Of a DNA stretch of 64,000 nt, positions 40,945 through 52,829 are shown in pieces (position 1 is the stretch's first letter; each line of letters opens with the position of its first letter). A program made the translations under genes and the position numbers. The stretch is from Sphyrna mokarran. Lineage: Eukaryota. The notes beneath the pieces are model-generated. The model made no database searches. It worked only from the letters and a program-made list of their open reading frames with translations, and was not told the DNA's origin. The DNA is taken from positions 74,276,001 to 74,340,000 of the forward strand of contig JAGIQG010000013.1 of assembly GCA_024679065.1 (NCBI GenBank). The letters are read 5' to 3'.

Positions 40945-41090
40945 AACAGTCAGCTATGAGGAAGACTCAAACCAGATTCAAAACATTGACTCTGTTTCTC
41001 TCTCCACAGATAATGCCATATCTGCAGAGTTTCCCAGCATTTTTGTTTTTAGTTCAGATTTCCAGTGTCTGCAGTATTTTGCTTTTATTG
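40945..41090 (+). mobile_element. Penelope-derived pLTR fragment inserted into a tRNA-type SINE (~40740-41150, minus)
   Basis: gactctgtttctctctccacaga...tttcccagcatttttgtttttagttcagatttccagtgtctgcagtattttgc. The host B-box-like ggattgaacccc is interrupted. Confidence 0.55.
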
Positions 41091-42879
41091 AACCTTGAGT
41101 GTTATCAATCTGATCCACATTTTCCATCCAACCAGTTGAGCCACCTGAGCCGCAAGAAGTGCCAGCTGATGTAGCAACATGTACATTTACACATATTTTG
41201 CAGCCTGAAGCTATGGAAATTGATTGCAGAGGCTGCAATTTATTTCCATCATCTCTCTTGCTCTTGTCGCTTGTCATCGTTGTTGATGGAAAGGATTTAC
41301 AAGTTGGAACTTAACTGGCTTGGCCACATTATGAATGCACCTTCCTTGACCATTAAGAGTGACTCAGAGGCAGGTATGCTACATTAGACCTCCTTACAAA
41401 AAGAAATGCTGGAGATGATAAATAATGTTGCAAGAAATAGTGCACTTCATTGGTTTTTCCAGAATATTTAATGATCCTAACATGTATGGGAGGAAATTAA
41501 TGCACTTGGAAGGAAAAATGAGCAAAAAAAAAACCCCGTAAATGATTACCATTGAACTCCAATTGATTTAGATTCAATTGGAATCTAAATTCCAATTTAC
41601 ATTGGAAAGAGAAAGTATGTAGGACAAAGAGAAGGGTGAATAGGACAAGCAACGTGGATGTTCAATATATTACAGGTCGTATTGAGTTGGGTAAGTAATT
41701 CTTTATTTAATGGGAATAAATAATTGTTTGAATCTTACGTGGGAGTGGACTTAATGATTAAAAAGGTTCAAAAAGATTTGCTGATTTTCATTTTCTGGGA
41801 TGTCCTCCACATGGTTGAGCGCACGGATGGGTTGCCAGGTGTGGTGGTGAAAGCTTCAGTTTGAGGTACACCTTCAGGAGATGTTTGTTATTATCAGATT
41901 CAGCAAAGGCCTCTTTCAGCAGCCAAGTCCTAAGCTGCTGCAGTGATGAGCTGCTGGGCATGGGTCAGCAATATTGATTTGACTGGAGTTGTGTTGCTTG
42001 GTTGAACATTGTATACTGACCACTCCAACAAAACCATTGGGTATTATTGATGCTCTGTTATAATACTTTATCAGGCTAATCTGCTTTTCAATAATAATTT
42101 GTTTTCCTGTGTGCCTCAGTAAACTGAATGTTTTTTTCCCCACATTCATCCAGATTCCTCAATGGTAATAGTAGTAGTTACCACACTTTCGAGGCTGTCT
42201 CAGGAGTTGCACAGATTCCAGTCTCAAGCAATCAGAAGAGGCTAGAATCAGCAATCCAAAACCTCGCAGTTTTTTTTTACAAACATCACAGAGGCAAGAA
42301 CAAAGAAATACAATACTTCAATATTACAAAACCATAGAAAGTTTACGCCCAAAAAGAGGCCACTCAGTTCATCATGTCTGCGTTGGTCAAACAACAAGCC
42401 ACTCGGTCTACTTCCACTTTCCAACATTTGGTTCATAACCCTGCAGATTACGGTGCCTAAACTGCATAGTTAGACAGCTTTAAATAAGTGGAGAGTTTCA
42501 GCCTCTACTACCCTTTCAGGAAGTGAGTTCCAGACTCCTACAACCTCTGGCTGAAATTATTTTTCCTCATCACTCCTCTAATATTTCAGCCAATCATTTT
42601 ATATCAATGTCCCCTAGTCACTGACTTCTCTGTTAAAGTAAATAGGCCTTCCCATCCATGTTAACCAGCCCCCTCACAATTTTTTACATCTCAATGAAAT
42701 TTCTCCTCAGCCACTTCAGTTCCAAGGAGAACAACCTCAGTCCATGCAATCTTTCACCATGACTGTAATTTTCCAACCTTGGACCATCCTCATAAATCTC
42801 TGCACCATTGCTTATGTGTTACGTTAATGATTAGAACTGCACACAGCACTTAAATTGTATAAAACGAATGTTTTATATA

Positions 42880-44308
42880 ATTCCTGCATTGATGACCTGT
42901 TTGCGGGATTGGCAAGAGGCCAAGCATACTTACAGATGAATGTAGACCAAAAGTCACAGAACCTTCTGACAATCGTGACACTTATTTTGGTAGCGAAGGT
43001 TTTCATTTAGTATTACTCTGGCATTGTTTTAAAGAGCAATGGATCAGATCCTGAGTGGACTGAAACCAGTGCTATCTGGATGACATCCTGGTCACTGGAA
43101 GAGACAAAGAGGAACATCTTTGGAATTTGGATGCCATTCCTTAGAGATTAGAAGTCTATGGACTGAGAGTCCACAAGGACAGGTTTGAGTTCTTCAAGTC
43201 CTCCAGTGAATATTTGAGATGTGATTGATGCCATGGGCTCTTACAAATCTCCTTCAAAGATCAAAGCTACCAGAGGCACCTGTACTCAGAATATTAACAG
43301 GTATGATCCTTCCTAGGATTGTTGAACTACCAGGAAGGAATTATTTAAAATTTAGCAACTATTTTAAAATCATTGCATAACCTATTTGTCAGGACAAGAA
43401 TTGGTTGGTCGGATCAATGCAATAACACTTCTGCGCAAATGGTCTGCGCAAAAAGATGCATTGCTCAAATCTGAAGTCCTCACGCATTTCAATTCTACCC
43501 CACATGGGGTAGAAAATGTGTGTGGCACATTTTCTTATGGTATTGGAGCAGTGGATTCCCACATCATGTTGTCGGATGAAAAAAGACCCATTGCCTTTGT
43601 GTGTCAAACATTGAGCAAAACTGAAAGTAACAAGCACAAATCTTTAGGTCAAAGACACTTTTTTTTGATTTGGTTTGATTTGGCCAGGTATGATGCCATC
43701 TGGAGGAGACATGTGGACCAGCTGTTGATGGGGAGAACTGATCAGTCAGAAATGGAACCTGCTGAAAATCTGCATTCAACTGTACAAAGTCCTGACCTGA
43801 ATCTCCTTGAAATTGTGACACTGACAGAGATGGTGAGGAAGACAACATCTCACCTTCAGACCAAGCACTGATTCAATCTCTAGTTACAATGTTGACACCA
43901 GTCAAAACAATCACTGATAATGTTCATACAATGATGAAAATACCAGAGATTACAACCAATGTAAAGGAGACACCAAAGGTTTGCTGTCAATCGTTCTGAG
44001 AGCAACAACCTCCCAACCATCCAACTTATTGATTATTGTTATTTGATTATTGTTCATGTTACATTGTTAGAAATTGTTGGAGATATTTAATTTAAAGAGG
44101 AAGGAAAGGTTATATATTTATGTTCCTACTGAGTTTTAGTAGCTGTATTAAACACTGTGTGTTAATATATGCATGTCATCACCAGAAGTGATATGACAGG
44201 TCGCTAACACAGGAAACTGCCAATGTAAAGAAGCAGACTGCAGTGAACACATCTTAGAGGGTTTTTAACCCTCTGTACTTTCTAACATCAATACCACCAT
44301 ATACAACA
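42880..44308 (+). mobile_element. Decayed Ty3/Gypsy LTR retrotransposon: RT and RNase H remnants, polyprotein C-terminus, PPT and putative 3' LTR
   Basis: IDDLFAGL, AYLQM, YLDD at 43073-43084, SYGIGAV...EKRPIAF (RNase H), WRRHVDQLL. Purine tract 44094-44109, then a ~200-bp segment ending in ...acaaca (44308). Confidence 0.8.
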
Positions 44309-44309
44309 A

Positions 44310-45370
44310 GTTGGGTCTCTTCTCTTGAAAAAAGTGAGGGATGGCCTAATAGAGTTATTTAAAGTTATGAAAAATTCTGATAGAGTGTATACTGACAGTG
44401 TGCTGGGAAGAGCATAACTAGAGGCCACTTATGTAAGATAATCATCAAGAAATCCAGTAGGGAATTTAGGAAAAATGTCTTTACACAGAATGGCAAGAAA
44501 ATGGAACTCACGACCAGTGGATGATAATATGGATACATTGAAGAATAAGTTAAACAAATATGTGTAGGAGGAGGGAATAAAGAGTAGATTTAGATGGTAG
44601 ATTTGGATGAAGAAAGATGGAAGTAGTCTCAAGAGAAGCCACCATGGACAGATGGGGATAAATAACCTGTTTATAACAACAAAAAACAAGAAAAAAGGGA
44701 AGTACTTACACAGGAACAGGCCCTTCAGCCCTCCAAGCCTGTGCCAATCATGATGCCCTAACTAAACTTAAAAAAAAACCTTCTGCCCTTACTCTCTCTG
44801 TATCCTTCTATTCTCTTTCAATTCATGTACTCATCTAGATGCCTCTTAAATGTTGCTAATGTACCTGCCTCCACCACCTCCTCTGGCAGCTTGTTCCAGG
44901 CACCCACCACTCTTTGAATGAAAAACTTCCCCCGCATATCTCTCTTAAACTTTCCCCTTTCACCTTGTAATTGACACTTCCACTCTGGGAAAAAGCCTCT
45001 AAATATCCATTAGCCTCTGCCTCTCCACTGAAAATAATCTTAGTTTATTCAACCTCTCCTTACAGGCAACACCTCAAGACCTGGTAACATCTAGGTGGGC
45101 CTTCTTTGCATCTCTTCAAATCTTCTACGTCCTTCTGGCAATGTGGCAATCAGAACTGCACTCAAACTCCAAATGTGGCCTAACTAAGGTTTTATATAGC
45201 TGCAACACGATTTCCCAACTCTTGTACTCAATGCTCCGGCTGGTGAGGCAAGCATGCCGTATGTTTTCTTAATCACCTTGCTACTTTTAGCAAACTATGA
45301 ACCTGCATATCCAGATCCCTTTGGATGTTAATGTTCCCAAAGGTAGTATAATTCACACTTAAATTTGAGC
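44310..45370. mobile_element. Two old CR1 3' fragments (44310-44680 plus, 44705-45370 minus)
   Basis: CR1 3' UTR and ORF2 C-terminal remnants (aacaggcccttcagccc, cagaactgcac..actccaaatgtggcctaac). Confidence 0.7.
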
Positions 45371-46162
45371 CTATGTGCTGTACATGCTGTATTATAACTT
45401 GTGAAAAATGCTGTTTAAACACAAGTCTGTCTTCTTTCTCTGCTGGTTTCTTTTATCCTCACTCTCTTCTCTATTCTTTCTCAGTTATAACTTATTTTAT
45501 GGATTTATCATCAAAATGTATTATTTTCCATAATACTTTATTGAAGAAATTGAGTGAATGTGCAATATTAACCTATGCTTTGAGGATGGATTATTTACTC
45601 TTAATTCTAGAATTCTGCACAAGGCTAACATCAAATAATAATTCAATGGATTAAGTTTTGAACTTTCATTTCAGGTCAATTTTCTAAATAATGAAAATAT
45701 CTCTCATTATCTATTTTCAATGAGTTTATAATGATCAACCTGGTTTGGATTTTTCCTTCTCTGCAAAAACTCTCCCATTTAAAGCAGTTATTTCTGTTGT
45801 TGCTGCTCAGTGGGTCCTTAACTAAACTAAACTGATTAACATTTAGTGATATTGAGAACAGAAAAGCCAGCCAGAGTGGCACAGTAAATTGCCTCAGTTC
45901 CCAGCAGCATGCTGCTAAAATGTGCTGCTTTGGAGAAAGAGAGAATCATTTCAGCATCTAATGCAAAGATAGGGGACAAAGCCATGTTCAATTGCTGAGG
46001 AAGCATTTTAAAAGAATGCGTAGACTTGGCTGTGTGAGTATTATTCAAATTCTAGATTATAGCTCTGCTATTTTAAATACTAAACTTATAATTTTCACCT
46101 CATTAGAGTTTTCCTTAAATGATATAGAAAGCTTTGTGCATCACTGTGTCATGAAATAGATA

Positions 46163-46331
46163 AGGCTGGGATTTTCCGGCCCTGCTGTGACAGTGGCAGT
46201 CACCATTGGCCAGTGGATTCTCCAGTGATGCGGCCAGTGAGCACCGCGAATGGTCACTGCGGGGTTAGAAGGTTCTGCTAGTGACCAATGGTGAGCTGCT
46301 GTCATTGCCCCGTGGAGTGGAAAACCAGCCT
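46163..46331. mobile_element. ~170-bp MITE-like fold-back element
   Basis: Termini aggctgggattttcc / ggaaaaccagcct and inner arms tgacagtggcagtcaccattggcca / tgaccaatggtgagctgctgtca are imperfect inverted repeats. Confidence 0.7.
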
Positions 46332-47002
46332 TTTTACCAATGATGCTCCCTTGAGATTTATAGATCATTTGACCAACAGATGGCAATATTTTACTTCAGA
46401 TCTTCAGACAATTGTTTTTACAAAACAATAACAACTGTCATTAAAGATGCTCCTATTTTGGATTCAGGTTTTTCTTGAACGAACATCAATGTAATAACAC
46501 CCAGATCATCTGTCCTTAGTGAGGGATACATACTGCTAGGACACCAGAGATAATTCCCCTGCTATTCTTCAGAATAGTGCATTCACCTCAATGGGATGGC
46601 CAGGTCTTGGTGTTAAATGTGTCACTCAAGAGACGATAGATACCCTGGCCCATGCTGCACTCCAACAGTATTGCGCAGCCTAGAATTTCTGATCAAACAT
46701 TGGTATGAATTTAAATCAATCTGCTAAACCATGTTTTTAAAATGATTTTAAAGGGATTTCTCAGGCTTGTTTGTAATCTTTACCACAATCTATTCATTAG
46801 ATGGGGAATAAAACCATTAAAAAATTGAGTCGTTGGCTAAAGTTGCAGAATTTGTAATGTTTTTCTTATCCACGGATTTCTGTGAGTGTTGCCCTGCTCT
46901 ATATTTCTGCTGTAGAGATGCCGGTGCTGGACTGGGGTAGTAAGAACTCAGTAAGAATCTAGCAACACCAATTTTAAATCCAACCGATTTATTTGATAGT
47001 AA

Positions 47003-47042
47003 ATCTGCGAGCTTTCGACCTTTTCATCTTCATCAGGCAAAT
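47003..47042 (-). ncRNA. Minimal type I hammerhead ribozyme motif in the sense 3' pLTR
   Basis: Minus strand: ATTTGC-CTGATGA-AGATGAAAAGGTC-GAAA-GC-TC-GCAGAT. Core CUGAnGA/GAAA/UH; stem I ATTTGC:GCAGAT; stem II GAT:GTC. Confidence 0.75.
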
Positions 47043-47135
47043 GCAGTGTTCTGGTCTGCAATAGCACACATATCAGCACAGACAGTCACAGATTGCTGAT
47101 TAGAATGCGAATCCTTACATCCTTACATCCTTACA

Positions 47136-47363
47136 AAGGAGATGTCAGGGGTAGGTTTTTCACTCAGAGGATGGTGACTGAATGGTACCGACTGCCGTTG
47201 GAGGTTGTTGAGGCAAACTCACTGGGGTCCTTCAAGAGACTTCTGGATGAGTATATGGAAAAGAATAGGATAGGGGGTTATAGATAGGTCTGTGGATTGG
47301 TAGATGTGATCGGCGCAACTCGTGGACCGAAGGGCCTGTTTGTGCTGCATTGTTCTATGTTCT
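47136..47363 (+). mobile_element. CR1 3' end inserted into the left pLTR
   Basis: DVRGRFFTQRMVTEW..LP ORF remnant and ccgaagggcctgtttgtgctg...ttctatgttct tail. The pLTR resumes at atctaacctgcta. Confidence 0.9.
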
Positions 47364-48503
47364 ATCTAACCTGCTATTCAAGTGTTAAAGTGGCTAACAA
47401 TGTGTGTGAAGAGAACCCTGAGATTGGTTAGAGAGATGTGTATTTTCTCCAGACAGCATAGTAAGTGAGGTTTTTTGCTAACCCGGGCAAGTCATGGGGG
47501 TTACAGATAGTGTGACATGAAGCCAAGATCCCTGTTAAGACCGTCCTCATGTGTGCGGAACTTGGCTATCAGTCTCTGCTCAGCGGCTCTGCGCTGTCGT
47601 GTGTCGTGAAGGCCCCCTTGAAGAACATTTACCCGAAGGTTGGAGGCCGAATGCCCGTGACTGCTGAAGTGTTCGCCCACAGGAAGGGAACTGTTTTGCC
47701 TGGTGATTGTTGAGCGATGCTCATTCATCCGCTGTCGTAGTGTCTGCATGGTCTCCCAATGTACCATGCTTCGGGACATCCTTTCTTGCAACGTATTAGG
47801 TAGACAACGTTGGCCGAGTTGCAAGAGTATGTACCGTGTACCTGGTGAATGGTATCCTCACGTTTGATGATGTCGTCCATGTCTATGATCTGGCATGTCT
47901 TGCAGACGTTGCTGTGGCAGGGTTGTGTGGTATTGTGGTCACTGTTCTCCTGAAGGTTGGGTAGTTTGCTGCGAACAATGATCTGTTTGAGGTTGTGCGG
48001 TTGTCTGAAAGCAAGAAGTGGGGGATGGGGATGGCCCTAGCGAGATGTTCATCGTCATCAATGATATGTTGAAGACTCCGGAGAAGGTGTCGTAGCTTCT
48101 CCGCTCCAGGGAAGTACTGGACAACAAAGGGTACTCTGTCCACTGTGTCCCGTGTTCGTCTTCTGAGGAGGTCAGTGCGGTTTATCGCTGTGGCACGTCG
48201 GAACTGTCGATCGATGAGTCGAGTGCCATATCCTGTTCTCACAAAGAGGGCATCTTTCAGCGTCTGGAGGTGTCTGTCACGATCCTCCTCATCGGAGCAA
48301 ATTCTGTGTATATGGAGGGCTTGTCCATAGGGAATGGCTTCTTTAATGTGTCTAGCATGGAAGCTGGAGAAGTGAAGCATTGTGAGGTTGTCTGTCAGTT
48401 TGTGGTACAGTGAGACTGGTTAGCAGGTTAGATGTAAGGATTTGCATTCTAATCAGCAATCTGTGACTGTGCTGATGTGTGCTATTGCAGACCAGAACAC
48501 TGC

Positions 48504-48543
48504 ATTTGCCTGACGAAGACGAAAAGGTCGAAAGCTCGCAGAT
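48504..48543 (+). ncRNA. Minimal type I hammerhead ribozyme motif in the inverted pLTR
   Basis: ATTTGC-CTGACGA-AGACGAAAAGGTC-GAAA-GC-TC-GCAGAT; stem II GAC:GTC; predicted cleavage after C48537. Confidence 0.78.
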
Positions 48544-51500
48544 TTACTATCAAATAAATCAGTTGGATTTAAAATTGGTGTTGCTAGATTCTTACTGAGT
48601 TCTATATTTCTGCTACATCAGGACTGCTCAAGTTGTTTGTTTGTACAAACGAATAAAATTCAACACATTTTTTTCACAGATTGTGTGATCCATCCGTTGC
48701 ATGGCTTCTACTTACATAGATAGTTGGAAGTAATTCCCAGAGCGTCAGTTAACAAACATGAGCAGGGCCAGAATAGACCACGATGAAACCTCACTTGTCA
48801 CTGTTCCCAGTTATAGGTACATTCATTCATCACTGTCAGCTGGCCACTTTTGTCTATCTATTTTCAATCTAATTAAGTCAATTGCCATCAATTCCATTAG
48901 CCTCAGTCTTTCTTTGGAAGCAGCACAGATGCGTGTGGTTTCAGAAACAACAAGCATATTCACTGTATAGTCTGCTCCCAAACTTAGTTTTCTCTTCAAA
49001 GAATTTCAGTAGATTCTCAGACAAGAATTATTGCTTTTAAATCCACACTGACTGCTCATTACAGACTCTGCTGCTTTTAGGTTATTAATAATGTCACAAA
49101 GGGTCAACATTCAGCTCCATTAGAGAAAATTCCATTCTGCTAAATTCCACAAGTATTAATGTAAAGTGGTAATTTTTCTTTCAAAATCTTTTTGTGAAAG
49201 GTGCTGTTTAAACACAAGTCTTTCTTTCTCTACTGGTCTCTTATACTCTCTTATTTTTCCTTTTCTCTATTCCTTCTCAATTATAACATATTTCATGAAC
49301 TTATCATCAAAATTACTAAAAGAATCTTCAATACCAATGAATCAAACTCCAAACTTGATAAATAATGGACAAGTCTGTTAATTCCCATGAGCTCAGTGAG
49401 AGGTCTAACAACACCAATTTTAAATCCAACCGATTTATTTGATAGTAAACCTGCTAGCTTTTGGCCTTTGTCCCGTGAGAACAGCAATGGAGGTGGTAAA
49501 ATACGGAATTTCACAGAGCCAACTGGATGCCAGTTCCCCGGCTTCACTTTCCTCCCAGGACATCTTAAGTTTAGGCCATTTAACAGTGAAGTTAGAAAAC
49601 ATTTTATCACACAAAAGGATGGTGCAAATTTGGAACACACTTCTTCAGAAAGGAAATGGAAGCAGGGTTGATTTAAAATTTTCAAGACTGAAATTGATCT
49701 CTGTTAGAGAAAAGTATTAAAACACATAAAATGAACAGGGGAAAATAAAGCTGACATATCAATTAGCGATGACTGAACTGAATGGAAGACTTGGTTCGCA
49801 GAGTTATATGCTCTACTCGTGTCCTCATGTACCAATATATTTCATGTTTCAACTGTTTCTTCTGTAGAAATGACTCTCTCCTAACCCTGCTCCTCATTCT
49901 TTATAATCAACTTAAAATTGCAGGCGCCTGATTTCCAATTTCTTAACACTCGGGGAAAAGCTCTGTTCACATTGTGTAATTTCTCTGGGACAGACAACCT
50001 GTCAATCACTTCCTGCCTGACCTATGTTGCCTTCTTCAATGAAATCATAACATAAGATTCAAGCATGTGGACTGCGTGGAAGATCTGAAACAGGGATTTT
50101 TTTTGTATTTCACCGGCATCAAATCTTTATGTACATTCATGAAAAAGCTGAATTCATACAGACAAGCTATTTACAATGAATAACCATGGTCCCAACATTC
50201 CAGACACAGGAGAAAACAGTCAAGAGCTCACCTCCCGGAATCTAATCAGCCAGGCAGCCGAGTGGGTCGTAAAGCATCGGGAACAGCAAAATCTTGTATT
50301 CAGTGACAGTTATTAGAATTCCTGTTGCTAATTTTCCTCAAACACATGAACCAGATTACAAGATTGCAGTTTGATTCCAGAGCATGAAGAGTATTTTCTT
50401 CAAGCACAGGATTCTTACAGGAGAAGAGGTGGCCATTCAGCCCATTGTGTGTCTGCACCCGCTCTCTAAATGGGAAATTTCACCTTCTCCCTATAATCTT
50501 GCACATTCTTCCTTTCCAAAAAATAGTTTAATTCCATTTTAAATGATTCCATTGAACCTGCGTCCACTATATTCTCAGCCAGTGCATTCCAAACCCATGG
50601 GCTTCTCAGGCTTGGAGGATACTGTGCTGTGAAGACTGCCTTTATTGGTCTCCTGCAGTTTTATTTCTGCTTCTGTTTTCCTCACTGCTGCTCCAGACCA
50701 ATACAAGTTTCAGGCTACTGTCCTCATGTCTCTTGATTATATCATGCTGCGGATCACAATTTGAGAGCTCCTGCTTCTTCTTTGACCATTTCTCATTGCA
50801 TCTGGCTCTGCACTTCCCCCTACTCCCATTGGCCTGCTAAAGACACTGCTCCGTGCACAGAGTGGCTCACAGAGGTCAACCAGTTCCCCTGCCCAGGGCT
50901 CCCTCACTACTATCACTTGCTGGTGAAGGCCTTGCTGCAATGTTCAGAATTCTCTGTTTTCCAGACTAATTGCAAATGGTGGGCAATGCCTTTCAAGCAG
51001 GCCAGAATGGTGCGATCCCACACCAGATTCTGCGCTTAGAGCCTCATTAATTATTCTCTGGCTCTCGTGGCAGGCTGGCAGCTGATTCATCTGCCCACTG
51101 TCAGCTGGCAGGTTCAAAGGTCCAAGCTCCATATTTAAACACGAGTCCAGCAACCTCATATCACTCTCTCCAGCCCAGCTATCTTCACTAGACCATGCAG
51201 GATATCAACAACTCAGAGGGAAAGGTTAGCAGCCTTAAAAAGAAGACAAATGTTCCTCAATGAAAGCATCCTCTTCCCAAGACCATGACTGAGGCACCCA
51301 TGCTCCATTTGGATCTCTCCCCATTGCCTCTGGAGTTTTTGTGCATTCTCATCCAGTAAACATTGTGGTACTCTTTTGACCCTCTTGTTTGTGAGCTTTT
51401 TATCCAGCCTTGTCAAAGCCGAGCTTCTCTTCCTTCATCCTTCCCTTTGCCTTTCATTGTTCCTCCTCTTCGTCCACCACTTTACCCCTTCATCCTGCCA

Positions 51501-52829
51501 TTGTGAGCTCTCATCCTTTCCCCCATTCCTTGCACTGCCTTCCTTGCATGTTGCCCACCCCACCCAGTCTTCATCAGGCCACAATCCCTGCTCACACTCC
51601 ACCTGGGTTGAACTTTGGGCCTTTCGTTAAGGTGACTATGAAAGTCCCACAGCATGGTGCTATCCAGGTAAACACTGGTATGTGGCATCAGGTGGGAAGG
51701 AGACCTTTATATTCTCCAAAACCAGGCACAGTACTGAACTGAAATGGTGACACAGGAGGCCCAAGGATTCAGCAGCACAGTGTTGTCCATGGATATCACT
51801 CAGTACGGAGATGGAGGCAGGAATGGGTCTGCCTGGCAAAATAATGAACAGTGCATCAGGAGCAGTGCAGCATAATGGCACTCATCCCTGAGCACCACTC
51901 TGTGCATGCCACTCTTTAGCAATCGGGTTTGTTGCCAACATGTTGTCCTGCTGGTATGGTGCAGAATTGAAAGGTCTGATGGGACACCAGAAGGCAGCTG
52001 TTTTAACAAGATGCAAATACATGCAAATAGCATTCATACCACCTGTCAGTGGTATCATCATTAACCCAACATTGGGAGATTTGCAATATGATTTCACACT
52101 AGTGGGTTTCTGATGTTCTTGCTCGTGCTAGATTCTCCTCTCCTACCCACCACCAAACCCACCGTGAATGAAATGGGAGTATTCTGCCCAACGTCAATGG
52201 GGAACTCCACAGTGATCACAATGTTCCATAATGGCCACTTTGTCTCTGGGGAATCAATATCGCTTGGTGGTGCCTTTAGCAGCAGCACATTGCAAGTAAA
52301 TCTTTCTTCCCTGATCTTTCTCTATCCACTGTCAAAATCTTATATCTGACTTTCCTCTTTGTTATTGTAGCAGAGACATTGAAAGAACCAAAAGGTATAA
52401 TTTCAAATGTGAATTTCTTTTAGATTTGTGAAATTAAGTAATTATGAGCATAATGCTGTACAAATATATGCAAAACTAACAAAAAGAAGGGTTTGAATTA
52501 TGCAGTACATTTGTGGGCCTTTTCTCTGAAGCAACGTACACATTTTCTGCTTGTAGAATTTACAATGAGCTTCCTGCTGTGTACCTAACATTTGTAGGAT
52601 TATCTAGGAGATTACATTTTGAACGTAGCCGCCCATTAATCAGAGTAAAACAGTTACTGGCTCTGTAACTGCTGCACATTAGCCTTTTGAGATTTAAGGA
52701 AACTCTAACAGCATCTTATCAAGGTATTTGAAGTGATTAAAAAAGGATTGTATAAGATTGATATTCTGTGGTAACAAAATCAAGAACAAAGGGACACAAT
52801 CTTGAGATTAGAGCTGGGCTATTTAGAGA

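Larger units (their letters stand above)
46912..48600 (-). mobile_element. 5'-truncated Penelope-like retroelement with inverted pLTRs and a 14-bp flanking direct repeat
   Basis: RT C-terminus (LYHKLTDNLTMLHFSSFH..IPYGQA), Cys-rich linker (CHSNVCKTC) and GIY-YIG endonuclease (VVYLIRC..WYIGET..LRQRMNEHR..PVGEHF..GLN). Inverted repeats at 46943-47376 and 48421-48603; tctatatttctgct at 46898-46911 and 48601-48614. Confidence 0.92.

Noticed and set aside
42880-44308. Full-length LTR retrotransposon or endogenous virus
   Set aside because: No matching 5' LTR, gag, integrase core or env was found, and the RT has multiple stops and frameshifts.
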